Of a stretch of 64,000 bases of DNA, positions 14,500 to 26,787 are shown in pieces. The stretch is from Lepidodermella squamata. Taxonomy: Eukaryota > Animalia > Gastrotricha. The notes below the pieces were generated by a model. It was not told the origin of the DNA, did not search any database, and worked only from the letters and a program-made list of their open reading frames with translations. A program made the position numbers and the translations under genes. The DNA lies in NCBI GenBank assembly GCA_047495785.1, contig JBLDXI010000001.1, positions 372,001-436,000 on the forward strand. The letters are read 5' to 3'. The number at the start of each line of letters is the position of its first letter. Position 1 is the stretch's first letter.

Positions 14500-16397
14500 T
14501 TGCGCAGGAGGCAAAGTTACGTACAAGCTCTAGTTACAGACAATCTAAGCTAAGTAGTAACATCATATCGGCGAAGCTGACAACAGAACAATGTAATTCC
14601 ATATCAACTCCATAATAGAAGCAAATAGTACAGCATTCGTTGACTTCATTGAAAATCTAAAAAGGGAAAAGAGAATGACTAGGTTAATGTCCAGAACAGG
14701 TTGTGCTCTTTCGATGATATTTCAGCCATTTGTTCTGTTTTCTACATTAGCCAGGTAGCCAAATGTTGAAAACCGTGGGCTCTTGAAGCCAATCTCATAG
14801 TTCATGGTGGAAAATGAGGCTGAGGTTCGCACCCAAGACTTTTACTCTAGCGAGCGCGCCATGCATTCTTGAGATTATCATGTGACTTGAGACACATGAA
14901 CGAAAAACATTAAGAAAGGCGGCAAAGGATTAGCTTGAATTTTGCGTGGGGACTAAAATGCCTAAATTTAAGTTTCAAAGTTGATCATCGGTCATAGCGA
15001 ACGCATTCCAAATCAAGATTTAACTATGCGTTGAATGACGGCCATATTTATAGCTGAATAGAACAACAAAGTTAGTAGTTATTAAAATGCGAAGAGATAG
15101 CGGCGTTTCTATAGATATAATGCCATTCCATAGCTGACAGCGTTAGGCAAAAGGCGGAAGCCCTAAACAAGAGTAAGTAAGTAAACTAAAAACGTTTCCA
15201 GATAGCTTTCAGCTGAGAGCATTGCCAAAAATCAGGTAAAATATCGAAACTGGGATCTCAGGCACGTCATGCTTGCGTTTTGCAAATGACTTTAAGCAGT
15301 TTTATCCTGTACTGTATTCCTGCAGTTGCAAAGGTTAGGACAAGGAACAAGGAACTCAGGAACAGCAAAAAAAACAACGGGAGAGGCTAAAAAACCTGAT
15401 CGATCGCCCCGCTGAAAAGCAATCGCTCCTGATAACCTATTTATTTTGGTTACCCAAATTTTATGCAACTCAGTTAATTAAATCATATAAAAATTAGTTA
15501 CCCAGTGAAAACCTAACAGATGATAATATTTTTGTTTACGTCAGCTGACTGTAGGCCGGCGTGCCGGTCCCTTCATGTTTCAAAATTCCGTCTGAAACCA
15601 GGTTACCATTCCTTGACCTGAGATTCAAGGTACAATCAGAGCGCTCTCTCCGTTATTTTTACCTTATGTCAAATTCTGAATTTATGTTCTCACTTCTGGG
15701 GAGCCTCGGAAGCCAGTTTATTCATTGAGATGCCCCATCGTCGAGGTAAACCATAATCCCCGAACTCTAGAGACGTTGGTTTTTTTGTAATGACTTGCAA
15801 AAGTATCAAGCCAAACTTCATAAGAAATTAATTGTGGTTTTAAGACTGCGACTGTGGATTCTTTGCTAAGAAACAAATCGATTAGTATCATCATCGGAAA
15901 TCGGGAATGTTAATTCTGTGATAGGTTACTTAGACTGCCCTAAATTCTGGTCACTTGTCTCCTGCTCGCGATTTGCATGTCGTATGTGTATGGTATAAGG
16001 TATACTAGGTCTCAATGCGGCTTGGAATTTTTTCAGTGTTACCACCGTAAGTACCAAGCATCACCTTTCGCACCACCGAAAGCACCCGTGAAAACCATAG
16101 ATTGTGATAACTAACACTAACACCTCAATCCTAAGTTCAATACATCAAGAGATAGACATGAAATGGTGCCTGGGAGTCAATTGACAAATGTGTTATGCAA
16201 GTAGACGTCATTTTCTTATGCCTATTGAGCCAGCCTAGGAACCTCAGCTTTTGTTTAAGCAGAACACGAAGAAAAGCTACCGTGTAAAATGCGAGACTCT
16301 TCTAAAAGCGAATTCAACGTATTGTCAGCATCATTGTTATTATTTGCTGACTTATGCTCAAATTTAAACAATGCAATTTATAGCAGGATTTAATACA

Positions 16398-18097
16398 ATG
16401 GCTTTATTGTTCGTCCGGAGGAGTGTGCCAGTTCTTCGGTCGCTTTCTCTCAACTTCACTCGAAGCCTTGCCTCGAACCCAGGGTCTGTCCTGCAAGATA
16501 ACCCGGAAATCGCTTTGCTGGCAGTGAAAAATGAAATAGAGAAAAAGCGTCAACAAGCTCTCGTTGGAGGTGGGGTCAAGCGTATTGAAGCGCAACACAA
16601 AAAGGGAAAACTAACCGCTCGCGAGCGAATCGAATTGTTCCTGGATCCGAACTCATTTGTCGAGTATGATATGTTTATGGAACATCATTGCACGGAGTTC
16701 GGAATGGAAAAGGAAAAGTACCCCGGCGACAGTGTCGTTACTGGCCGTGGCACTGTGAATGGTCGTCCAGTATTTCTTTTCAGCCAAGATTTCACTGTTT
16801 TCGGTGGTAGCTTGTCTATGGTTCACGCGAAGAAAATTTGCAAGGTGATGGACCAAGCCTCACTTGTGGGTGCACCAGTCATTGGCTTGAACGACTCTGG
16901 CGGTGCTCGTATCCAAGAGGGCGTTGAGAGCTTGGCCGGCTATGCTGACATTTTCCACCGCAATGTTGCAGCTAGCGGCGTGGTTCCCCAAATCTCTTTG
17001 ATTATGGGACCTTGTGCCGGCGGTGCCGTGTAAGTTGATAAAGTTATCCTAGTTTTGCTGATAATCATTACTCTCATTCTAGTTATTCACCTGCTCTGAC
17101 TGACTTCATTTTCATGGTTAAGGAGACTTCCTATTTGTATATCACGGGCCCTGATGTTGTCCGTGCAGTTACTGGAGAAACGGTTACTCATGAAGAACTC
17201 GGTGGTGCGGATGCTCACACGAAAATTTCTGGTGTCGCTCATGCCGCGTTCAACAACGACATCGAGGCATTGCATGCTCTGCGGTCGTTCATTGATTACT
17301 TGCCGCTGTCAAACAAAGCACCAGCACCCATCCGGGCAACTGCCGATCCTGCTGATCGTCTCGCCCCCGCTCTTGACTCGATCGTACCTCTCGATGCCTC
17401 AGCCGCCTACGACATGAAGCAGGTTATTAGGTCTGTCGTGGACGAAGATGGCGGTTTCTTTGAAATCATGCCCGACTATGCGAAAAATATTGTTATTGGC
17501 CTGGGCCGAATGGGTGGTCGCACTGTTGGCATCGTCGCCAACCAACCTAACAATGCCGCTGGTGTTTTAGACATCAATGCTTCTGTTAAAGCCGGTCGTT
17601 TCGTTCGTTTCCTCGACGCATTTAATATTCCTATTATCACTTTTGTCGATGTTCCTGGTTTCCTGCCCGGAACTTCACAAGAACATCATGGCATCATTCG
17701 CCATGGCGCGAAATTGCTGTATGCTTATTCGGAGGCCACTGTTCCGAAAATTACCGTCATCACACGCAAAGCATATGGCGGTGCCTATGACGTCATGTCG
17801 TCCAAGCATTTGGCTGGTGATATGAACTACGCATGGCCGTCGGCCGAAGTCGCCGTCATGGGTGCTAAAGGCGCTGTTTCTATCCTGTACCGTGGTGGTA
17901 ATGCCGAATCTCTTTCGCAGCATGTCAAAGATTACGAGAAGGCTTTCGCCAATCCCTTCCCGGCTGCCGTTCGTGGCTACGTCGACGATATTCTTGAACC
18001 ACGTCTGACTCGCCGTCAAATTTGCCGCGACTTGGAGCTTCTTGCCAACAAGGACCGCAAAGGTCCCTCGCGGAAGCATGGAAATATTCCGCTCTAA
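16398..18097 (+). CDS. PCCB: Propionyl-CoA carboxylase beta chain, mitochondrial
   Basis: Exons 16398-17029 and 17083-18097 (53-nt intron). [39 protein letters not shown] and C-terminal RKHGNIPL; Arg/Ser/Leu-rich presequence. Confidence 0.96.
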
Positions 18098-18460
18098 ATT
18101 AACGATGAAATTCAACAAAAAGACTACAATATAAACATTAAAGCTGCCCATCGTTGCGAAATAGCTATTTGTGTCTAGTGGTTAGCGTATTGTGATCATC
18201 TTCTGGTATACCATTTTCACTTGCTATAGATTCTCTTATTGTCCCGTTGATGATTTTTAGATCTTTGTCACGGTTGAACGTTAAAATTATGTACTTATGT
18301 CTCGTTCTTCACGAAAGATAAAGACACAGGTGATCAGAGTATATCATCCCTGTAATTCTTGTTTCTAGCTTGTCTATTTGTATTAATGGTAAAATAAATT
18401 AAAAATCCTAGGCCGTGGCTAAGTTACAAATAAAAGTTTTCATTATTAGAGTTTTTGCAA

Positions 18461-19072
18461 ATGTTTAAACTTGGTTATTCTGCTGTTACCCGCCGGCTGC
18501 TGAGTACCGGGGCAGATAAGGCTGGCCCTGCAAGTGGCTCAGGTGTAGAAGGCTTTGTTAATTTGCTGAAGCAAGTCGAAGAAGGTCAGAAGGCACAGCC
18601 GAAACAAGAACACGTGAAGAAGGCAAAATCATCTGAGTCAAAACCGGCAGCGCCGTCGAAACCATTCGGTCAGCTGTTGAGAGAATCCAAGTTGATGCAA
18701 CTTGGAGGTGTTGAAGGCAGAACTGTGGTTGGTGCTATCACAGATGTTGTTGGAGACGATCTCTACATAAACTTCGGTGGCAAATTTCATTGCGTGTGCA
18801 GGCGGCCTAATGTTCGCAAAAAGTAGGCAGCAATAATTTTAACCTTAAACATTTCTATCTTATGCAATTTCAGTGCCTACAAGCAAGGTTCCAAGGTTCA
18901 TCTGCGACTGATCGATTTTGAAATGACCTCATATTTTATGGGTGCTGCGCGGGACTTGACTCTATTGGAAGCCGATGCTGTCCTGCTGGGCCTCATCGAC
19001 GACCCTCTGAGTTCTCTGCAAGCTGAAATAAAAGACCAAGCTCGTTTGGATAAAAGTGTCAAAACTGAATAA
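18461..19072 (+). CDS. MRPS28: Mitochondrial ribosomal protein S28 (bS1m)
   Basis: Two exons (intron ~18823-18873). [14 protein letters not shown]...[28 protein letters not shown]...[13 protein letters not shown]. Confidence 0.9.
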
Positions 19073-19215
19073 CATAATGATGGTGCTGTAATAAATAAAG
19101 ACGAATTCCTTCTACCTGGCTTCAGTCATTAAAAAGTCAAGATCTTACGGATCAATTTATTCTTATAACGCAGTATCGATAACGTACATCATTCAACGCT
19201 GTAATAATTGAGATT

Positions 19216-20098
19216 TTAGTTTGGCTTAGCTTTCTTGCCAAGTATAGCAAACGGGTTCTTCTTAGGCTCAGATTGTGAAGATTGAGATTGCGAGGCACCA
19301 ACTTGCCGCTCGCTCGGCGGAACAGGGTTCTTCACGGCTGCTGGTTCGGGCTTAGCCGTGAGAGGCTGTGCAGGTTGCTTCATTGGTTTGATGTCTGCAC
19401 TAACCAGTGTTTCTGCTTTAATCTGCGGCATGATTGAATCCGATTTTTCACTTCGCAGGATCACATTTTCAACATTCGACGGAGCATCAGAATCGATCGC
19501 TGAAGCCCCTGCGATTTCATGGGAGTCGATGGCGTATTTCTTAGTCATTCGTCTTGCGTTGCTGTCAAAGAGAGCCCTGTTGGACTTGAACTCTTCCGCC
19601 TGAAAAACAGAAACAGTATGAAATCTCGGTTAAAACGTTGAATCACTTACGATCTCAGCATCAAGTGGATCGTTAGGATTCGGCTCAGCTAAGAGCAAGA
19701 CGATCGAGTTCAGCACGGTAGACAGGTTGATGTGAGGTTTCCACAGCCCATGGGGTGGTATTTTCAACAATTCCAAGCAGATTCGACCCTGACTGTCAAT
19801 ATTCGGGTGATGAACTTTGGTCCTGAACGTTACGTGAGGAGGCTCGAAGGGGTAGCGCTCAGGGAACTTGATTGACAGGTGAAATACGCCGCCAGCAAAC
19901 GGTGAATTTTCAGGACCTGAGATTCCTGGAAATAAATTCAAATAACGAATGCCAAAAATTAAGCTGTTGGCTCTTATTACTCGCAGCTAATTCATCGAGT
20001 ATGTCTTCCTTCACAGGCCAGACGGCAATATTCGGCTGAGGGCTCTCGGTCATCTGCTCGAGATCGCGCTTGATACGGCCGGATCTGATTTGCGCCAT
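19216..20098 (-). CDS. UBE2T: Ubiquitin-conjugating enzyme E2 T
   Basis: Three exons. UBC fold with HPNIDSQGRICL (catalytic Cys) and the UBE2T-type LKIPPHGLWKP insert; low-complexity basic C-terminal tail. Confidence 0.87.
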
Positions 20099-20477
20099 TT
20101 CATCAGTTTTCAAAATTCACTTAAAAAATATAGCGCCATGTTAAAATTTATTTCCAGCCAGAACGTTTCGTAATCTCAACTATAAACTAAGATTTCATCG
20201 TCGCTTAAAAAGAGTCACGTCAAAAATGGTAAGCAGAATCAAATAATGAGAGTAATGAGAAAAAGATGTAATCACAACAAGTGAGATATTGCATACTGTT
20301 AATAAAATGAGGTAAATTAAACGACGAGACGATAGAGACGACTTCATGTTATTATGCTTGCCCCTGAGGTGGCGGAAATAAATTTGATGAAAAACAATCG
20401 TCAACAATAAAAACATGAACCGAGATGAGTAATTAGGCAATGAAAGCAAGTCTTGAGAATAAGGCTTAGTCGAGTAA

Positions 20478-22715
20478 TTATTGCCCATCTGAGCTGATTT
20501 GGTCGCCATCGGGCGTTGTCTTGACAGCTACATCGTTAAGCTGGATCGACGAGCTGCCTTCAGATTGCGAAGTGTCATCTTCGATTATTTGAGCTAGTTT
20601 ACCAGCATTTTCGGTTGAAATGTGCTCATCGTCATCCTTTTTCTTGCCAACCTGAAAAGACAGGAAAAATAAAGAATAGAATAACACGCGTTAACTACTA
20701 TGTACCTTGGCCCAATCTTGTTCCTTGCCCGATCCAATGACAAGGAAAATGATTGCTCCAGCAACTTGAACGGCGGCAGCTATGGCGAACACGCTGCGCC
20801 ACTCACTTGCGACGACCGACGGAGGTCCAGTAGCGCTGTTGACGGTGAGACGCCCGGCGATGTACGGGCTTATTACGCCCGGAATAGTAGCAACCGAATT
20901 TGTTATTCCCATCAAAATTCCAGCAAATTGCGGTGCGATGTCGATGTGGTTCATGTAGAAGCCGCAAACCGTCCAGCCGGCCGTGATGGCCGACAGGCAA
21001 ATGATAGGCGCGATGTATGCGATTTTGCAGCCGACGTATGTTAGAGAAATTAGCAGGGCAGATGCGAGAATGGCACCGACACCGAAAAACGACTTGCGAA
21101 TGACTGTCGTCGAAAACTGCGTATTAGCCCTGAGCCAGTCGCACACATAGCTAGCTGCAACTTGGCCAATGAAAAAACACAGGAAAGGCGCAGCAGACAG
21201 GAATCCGTTCTGTAAAATAATGATAAATTTGTAATTTGGGCGAATGAGCTGATATGAATACAAATATATGGGTAGCGAAGAACGGGTAGGACCAAAATAA
21301 AATTGAAAAAATTCAGGCACATTTTCGGTCAGTTCAGTGTCGGGTTATTTTAGTCATTTTAGTTACATTACTCGAGCTAGTTTTTAACGGAAAAATTTCA
21401 GAAGTATTTTCTCTGCGTTTCAATTTCAAAATTCATTTTTTTCACCAGAATTAGTGACTAATTTCATCTTACAACCAAAAATGGTTACGACTGATTAGTA
21501 GATTCAGCTTGGAAATGACAAACAAATTATACCTTAACCAGCGAGAGATGGAGCTCATCGTTGAGGTAAATCGCCATTTGAGTCATGAGCGTGTAAAAGA
21601 ACCACGTGTGGCTGATATGTGCCATTGCAACGGCCCAGACAGCAGGGCTAGTAGCGAATTTGAGCCAAGGAGGAGACGGGCGATTCGCGGCAGCAGCGGT
21701 GGCCTTCGCTAACGCAGCAGCAGCCTTTTGTTTCAAATCGTCGGCATTATTTAGAATCGGCACAGATGAAGCGGTCGATGAGACAGTTGGACGGCGCGAA
21801 GTTTCCGTGCTGTCGCAGCCTTCGACACACTGCGTATCAGGAGCCGCGGCTTCCTGCGAGTCGACTTTTGTCAGGGTCGTATCCATGATGTGACCGAGCT
21901 CGTCCGGCGACACGCCAGCTTTCGGATCCGCCGGTGAGTCGTAGGCAAATTTGTACCAGAGAGCCGACCAAACGATAGCCATCGCTCCGCAGACGTAGAA
22001 AATCGACTGCCAGTTGAGAACTTGGGCCAACGCACCCGAGCCGAACATAGCAACCACAATGCCAATGTGAGCGCCTGAGAAGGATATTGCTACCAGCTTA
22101 GTGCGTTCGTAGGGTGGTGCCCATCGAGACCAAACAACATGAGTAGCAGGGACGTAGACGCCTTCGAAAAGACCGAGTAGGGCGCGAACGACGATGAGCA
22201 AGTAAACGTTAATCATGGCAGCGACGGGCGTTAGAATTGTCATCAAACCCGATGCGGCAACACCGACTGTCAGCACGCGGACCGGGCCGTAGCGGGTGGC
22301 AAGGTACCCACCAGGTAGCTGGCTGAATATATAGCCAAAGAAGAAAGAGCTTAGAATAGCTCCTTGCGTCTTTCGGTCCCAATCGAATTCACCCTGGTTG
22401 AAAACAATGAGCCTCGAAATCGCTTGTGAATATCGAAAAACAAACCCCTTTGTAGCCAGATTTGTTGCTGAACGGGGTCCAGTCGTGACAGCCCTCACTG
22501 TAGTCCATCGTCACGTTTGGAGCCATTGTAGTCGAGGCGAGTGAGTAATTACCTGCGTCGGAATGATTGCCGTGAGTGTGTGGCTCATGCAGATGTGAGG
22601 CGTCGGTTTTGACCATCGCCACTAGCGCCACGCCCATGTTGCTCCTCATCAGGTAAATGTTGAGAAAGCCCAAGAACGAGAGGGCAGTCAATATATGCCG
22701 CTTGGCTATTACCAT
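20478..22715 (-). CDS. SLC17 family (sialin/VGLUT-like) MFS anion transporter
   Basis: Four exons (~22715-22445, 22393-21532, 21209-20705, 20652-20478). GEFDWDRKTQGAILSSFFFGY, RWAPPYERTKL, NHIDIAPQFAGILMG, GSGKEQDWA. Confidence 0.92.
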
Positions 22716-22891
22716 TTTTAAATTCTACAGTAAAGATGAGTATTAAATGCAATTTTTTAGCGCATGTTTGAACAGCTAGTGCCCTGGCATAAAACTAGAA
22801 AGTTTGAATGATTGTTGTTTTAAATAATAATAACAGCAAGCAAGAACATCAAAGCTGATGCAAAATAAACTCAACCAAGCAGCCAAATAAT

Positions 22892-24039
22892 TTAGGGTCC
22901 TGCTAACGCGGCTAGAAGGCGCAGCTTAATTTGCTCCGTATCGATGAGCTTTATCACCGTTCTTGGTGGCACGGTTTCGAATAGCAGCTTGCCCAGCATC
23001 AACTCGGCGCCATTGTTGTCATGCAGCATGCAGCCATAGCCTTTCCCAGCGAATGGATCGCCGTCGATGTTGACAGCAAGATGGCGGTGCGTGTCAGCGT
23101 CTTTTACAAACGCTCGATCAAGGGCGGCAATCATAGCTACTGCATCGCATGGGTCGAACAGCGGCCAGAATGAACTGAAATGCGACATGATATCGCACAT
23201 CAGGCGACCATGTGATGGCAAGTCCTTGCGAGCAGCAATCTCGTTAAACCATGACTATATTAAAAAAATATCAATGTTGAGCAAAATTACATAGGCTGAC
23301 TAACTAACCCAAGGCAACGGACAGGACGTTTCACAGGCGTCAAAAGGAACAATCGAAATTGGACAATGTGCTTCTCGTAGGACAACATCGGCTGCTTCCG
23401 AGTCCATGTAAAAATTAAATTCGGCACCGCCAATTTCTGAGCCAGGGCCTAAGCAAGATTCGATTGGTTACATAATTTTAGAAAATCTACGCGACTTACC
23501 AATATAATTTCCACCCATTACAATGATCTCTTTCAAATTTTCGGTAAAATCCGGATCTATACGAATTGCCATCGCGACATTTGTGAGTGGAGCCAGCGCG
23601 ACCAACGTGAGCTGTTCTGTAGACCCAAGGTTTGTAATGTCCACCGAGGCACTTAATAAGTTAAACGCTTACTCTTGTTTTCCTTTGCATAGCGCGCCAG
23701 GGCCACGGCTGCATGTTCCTGCTTTACCATTGCCCAATCCTGGTCACTCAGTTCGACTTCAACCCCGCCGAATCCATTTGGAGCATGGGTAGCTTCTGCA
23801 CTGCTACTGCTAGACGAGTGCTTGCGGCGAAGCAGGCTGTGGCGACATCCAGGATGTATAGGAATGGTCTTGCTATTCGCTTTTACGACGGAAAGCGTGT
23901 TCCTTATGACATTTTCAAGCCCTGTGTTCCCAGCTACACAGGTGATAGCCTCAACTTTAACATCAGGCCAACGAAGCGCGACTGTGAGAGCCAAGGCATC
24001 ATCGACGCCTGTATCGCAATCTATAAGAAGACGTGGCAT
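22892..24039 (-). CDS. Inosine/uridine-preferring nucleoside hydrolase family protein
   Basis: Four exons splice in frame. N-terminal IDCDTGVDDALAL motif, GNT, LAPLTN, MGG, AEFNFYMDSEAA and PCDA. Confidence 0.9.
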
Positions 24040-24350
24040 TGATTGCAAACGAAATCAAAACTAAGTAACCCGGCACACTTGGGCTTTTCTTTATTCAAAA
24101 ATTGAGATAAGATATTAGTCGCGCTATCGGCGTTTTAAAGATTACTTTTATTTATTCAGTGGCCTGATTTGACGAACGTACATACACACTTTTCAACAAG
24201 CTGCGCCTGGACATGCGCTGTGGTTGACCACGCGACATATTGCAATTTAAAGTGTGTTTGTAAACTCGCGCGCGTTTGATGGTGCCAAATGGTGGTTTGG
24301 GAAAATCAAGGTCATTTTAGTGTTTACAGTTTATAGGTGTGACCTTTAAG

Positions 24351-24403
24351 AGCACGTGAGAGCTGGGGCTATTAGCCTCAGCGCCAGCGAGCAGTCACGT
24401 GCT
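24351..24403. promoter_or_regulatory. Pair of inverted TCACGTG E-boxes (CLEAR/bHLH-Zip-like) flanking a small hairpin
   Basis: agcacgtga (24351-59) and tcacgtgct (24395-403) are exact inverted repeats, each containing CACGTG; about 310-360 bp upstream of the nucleoside hydrolase ATG. Confidence 0.3.
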
Positions 24404-26059
24404 TAAAAATTCAAAACAACAACAGTACACGGCGCCAGCGATGCATTAAATTGGCCTCAGCAGCCTAATCAAGCAAAATAAAATGAAAAAGTGAATACAA
24501 ATGACAAAGTGTCAACTCTTGCCATGTTGTAATCCTCGTTTTACCTAGTTTAATGTTAGAAATTGACCACAGCTCAGTTTTGCTAAACTACCTAAAATTA
24601 GATTCTCAAGATTCAAAATCGCTAAAGCGATAAATTAAACTCACTTCAAGAAAATTTCGTATGTCGTACTTTGGTTAAGGGAGCATTAGCCTAATTGATA
24701 AGGAAGCTAGCCTAGGCGCATGAGGTGGAAATCGGACGTCGTTTGGACGCGGTCCTTTCTCAGCACTGTCGTCGCAGATGGGCCGACAAACGCCGGCCAT
24801 CAGTTACATCAAGGTAGTTTTCAGGCCACGCAAAATAGCATACGACTAAAATAAAAAAATATTTCTTGACATCATCATATCAAGTTTCCTGGCGGGTAAT
24901 TAAAGCTAATGAAGTTGAGAGAACGAAAAAGTATCATAAACCCCGACGTTCAAGAAAATTACCAGAGTGTTTTATTACTCTCCTTAACCTTAATTATATT
25001 TGTGTCAAGGTTTAGGAAAACATCAAACGTCAGTAATAGTAAATTGTCAATTAAAACATACTTATTTGCTTCTGAGCAGGGCCGGAATACTATTACTACA
25101 ATAGTATCAATTTATTTGCAGCGAAAACAAAAGCATGCTTTGAATAATCCCCAGATTATCTTTTAGCCAAATCCGGATAAGGGAGCTACTCCTGCTCTCG
25201 GAGAAGGACGCTAACCCTTGAGATTTAGGTTAATTACTTACTCTCATTGGAGGAACAGCAGACTTAACAGCGCCAAAGAGCAAGCGATTAAGAATTAACA
25301 CCTCGCGATTCATCAAGATTACTCTACATGTCGGGCCGGCATAAAAAGTGTAGGAAACGAATGATTTAAATGATTATGACAGTACCTAAGACTGCGTCCG
25401 TCTTCTGAATTCACGGTGTTCCTGGCATCGACCGTGTTCTCACTCAATGCTAACACCAACTGTCGTGATTCCTATCACCGATATGGCGGCAAGCCAGTGC
25501 ACACGTAAGAGTTATCGTGCAACCCCATCAGCTATTCAAAATCTGCTCCAGGTCTCAACGACTGACCAGGCGATGAGGGACGGGGGCAAGTTTTTGCCAA
25601 AACGAATGAGATTTCACAGACGCACTATCGCTCTTCCGTTTGAATTTCTGCGTTGGAAACGTTAATGGATGACCTGGGATAAAGCTCGGCAAAAATTAGG
25701 GGACCTTATAATAGCAAAACTCACTTGTAACCTACCGAAGACGACAAAGGACCGAGGACCGAACCGAAACGCGAAACTATAACCGATGGCCATGTCGGAA
25801 TCCTTGCAGACAGACGGGCCCGTCAAACCGGGGGCGGATGTGTGATTTAAATTCCCCGCTAAAATATTTTGACACAATTAATAATCTCAATATATAAAAG
25901 TGAAATAATTTTTTTTATAAAAATATAACACAATTACAAAATTAGTTGCTAAAAACGCTTTCGCAGATGACCCATTAGCCGCCTTTTGGTTCGGCAAGCT
26001 CATCCGTTAAATAAGCTCTTGGCTACTATCGGCAACTTTTATCTTTGATTATCTTAGGC

Positions 26060-26650
26060 ATGCCATCGGCAGACCACACTGTTCTGCGCTCGAAATGCGT
26101 CGTTGTCGGCGAGGCATCTGTCGGCAAAACCGCGATAGTTCAAATGTTCAACACTGACGGCGTCTCATTCCCCACCTCGTACCAGTTCACTAGCGGGGTT
26201 GACGCCGTTACCAAGTCACTAAATATAGCATCGTCTAATCTGACAGTTGATCTTCATGTTTATGATTGTTCTGGAAAGGACATTTATTCCGATGTGATCC
26301 AAAAACATTTATCTAACGCCAACATGATTCTGGTTGTATTTGACGTTACTAATCCTGGCACTCTTGATCTCTCTGCTCAATGGCTCGATAGGGTGAAGCA
26401 ATTCAATGCAAATAATATATCGGATCCGCTGACAGCTTTGGTTGGTAATAAAATTGACTTGGCAAAACGGCGAATGGTATCTGATGAATCTGCTGAAGCA
26501 GCTGCAATACATATGAAATTCAACTGTGGCTATTTTTCTGTCTCTGCGAAAGATTTTGAAAATGTCAATAAGCCATTTTTTGTAATGTCTGAGGCGTTCA
26601 AGAAAGCCTATGATAAAAAAGCGAATGCTGTTAGTCAAATATGTCACTGA
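26060..26650 (+). CDS. IFT27: Intraflagellar transport protein 27 (RABL4), intronless CDS
   Basis: Rab-like GTPase: LRSKCVVVGEASVGKT, DGVSFPTSY, DCSGKD (no catalytic Q, as in IFT27), GNKID, SAK; no CAAX/CC prenylation motif. Confidence 0.88.
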   Translation: MPSADHTVLRSKCVVVGEASVGKTAIVQMFNTDGVSFPTSYQFTSGVDAVTKSLNIASSNLTVDLHVYDCSGKDIYSDVIQKHLSNANMILVVFDVTNPGTLDLSAQWLDRVKQFNANNISDPLTALVGNKIDLAKRRMVSDESAEAAAIHMKFNCGYFSVSAKDFENVNKPFFVMSEAFKKAYDKKANAVSQICH

Positions 26651-26787
26651 TCGGTTCATTTCTCTCTTGAATGTAGTAACATGTCACATTTGCTGTTCTC
26701 ACAAGTTTCAAATATATCAATAAATATTCAGAATGTAAATGGCCTGCAATCTTCTGTTTTAGATTACAATTTCATATTATATATTTT

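Noticed and set aside
17028-17090. Apparent premature stops or frameshifts in PCCB and other ORF-track fragments (pseudogenes, alternative code, readthrough)
   Set aside because: All are explained by short spliceosomal introns.
18171-18240. tRNA-like A-box (tctagtggttagcg)
   Set aside because: No B-box/T-loop and no cloverleaf; lies just downstream of PCCB.
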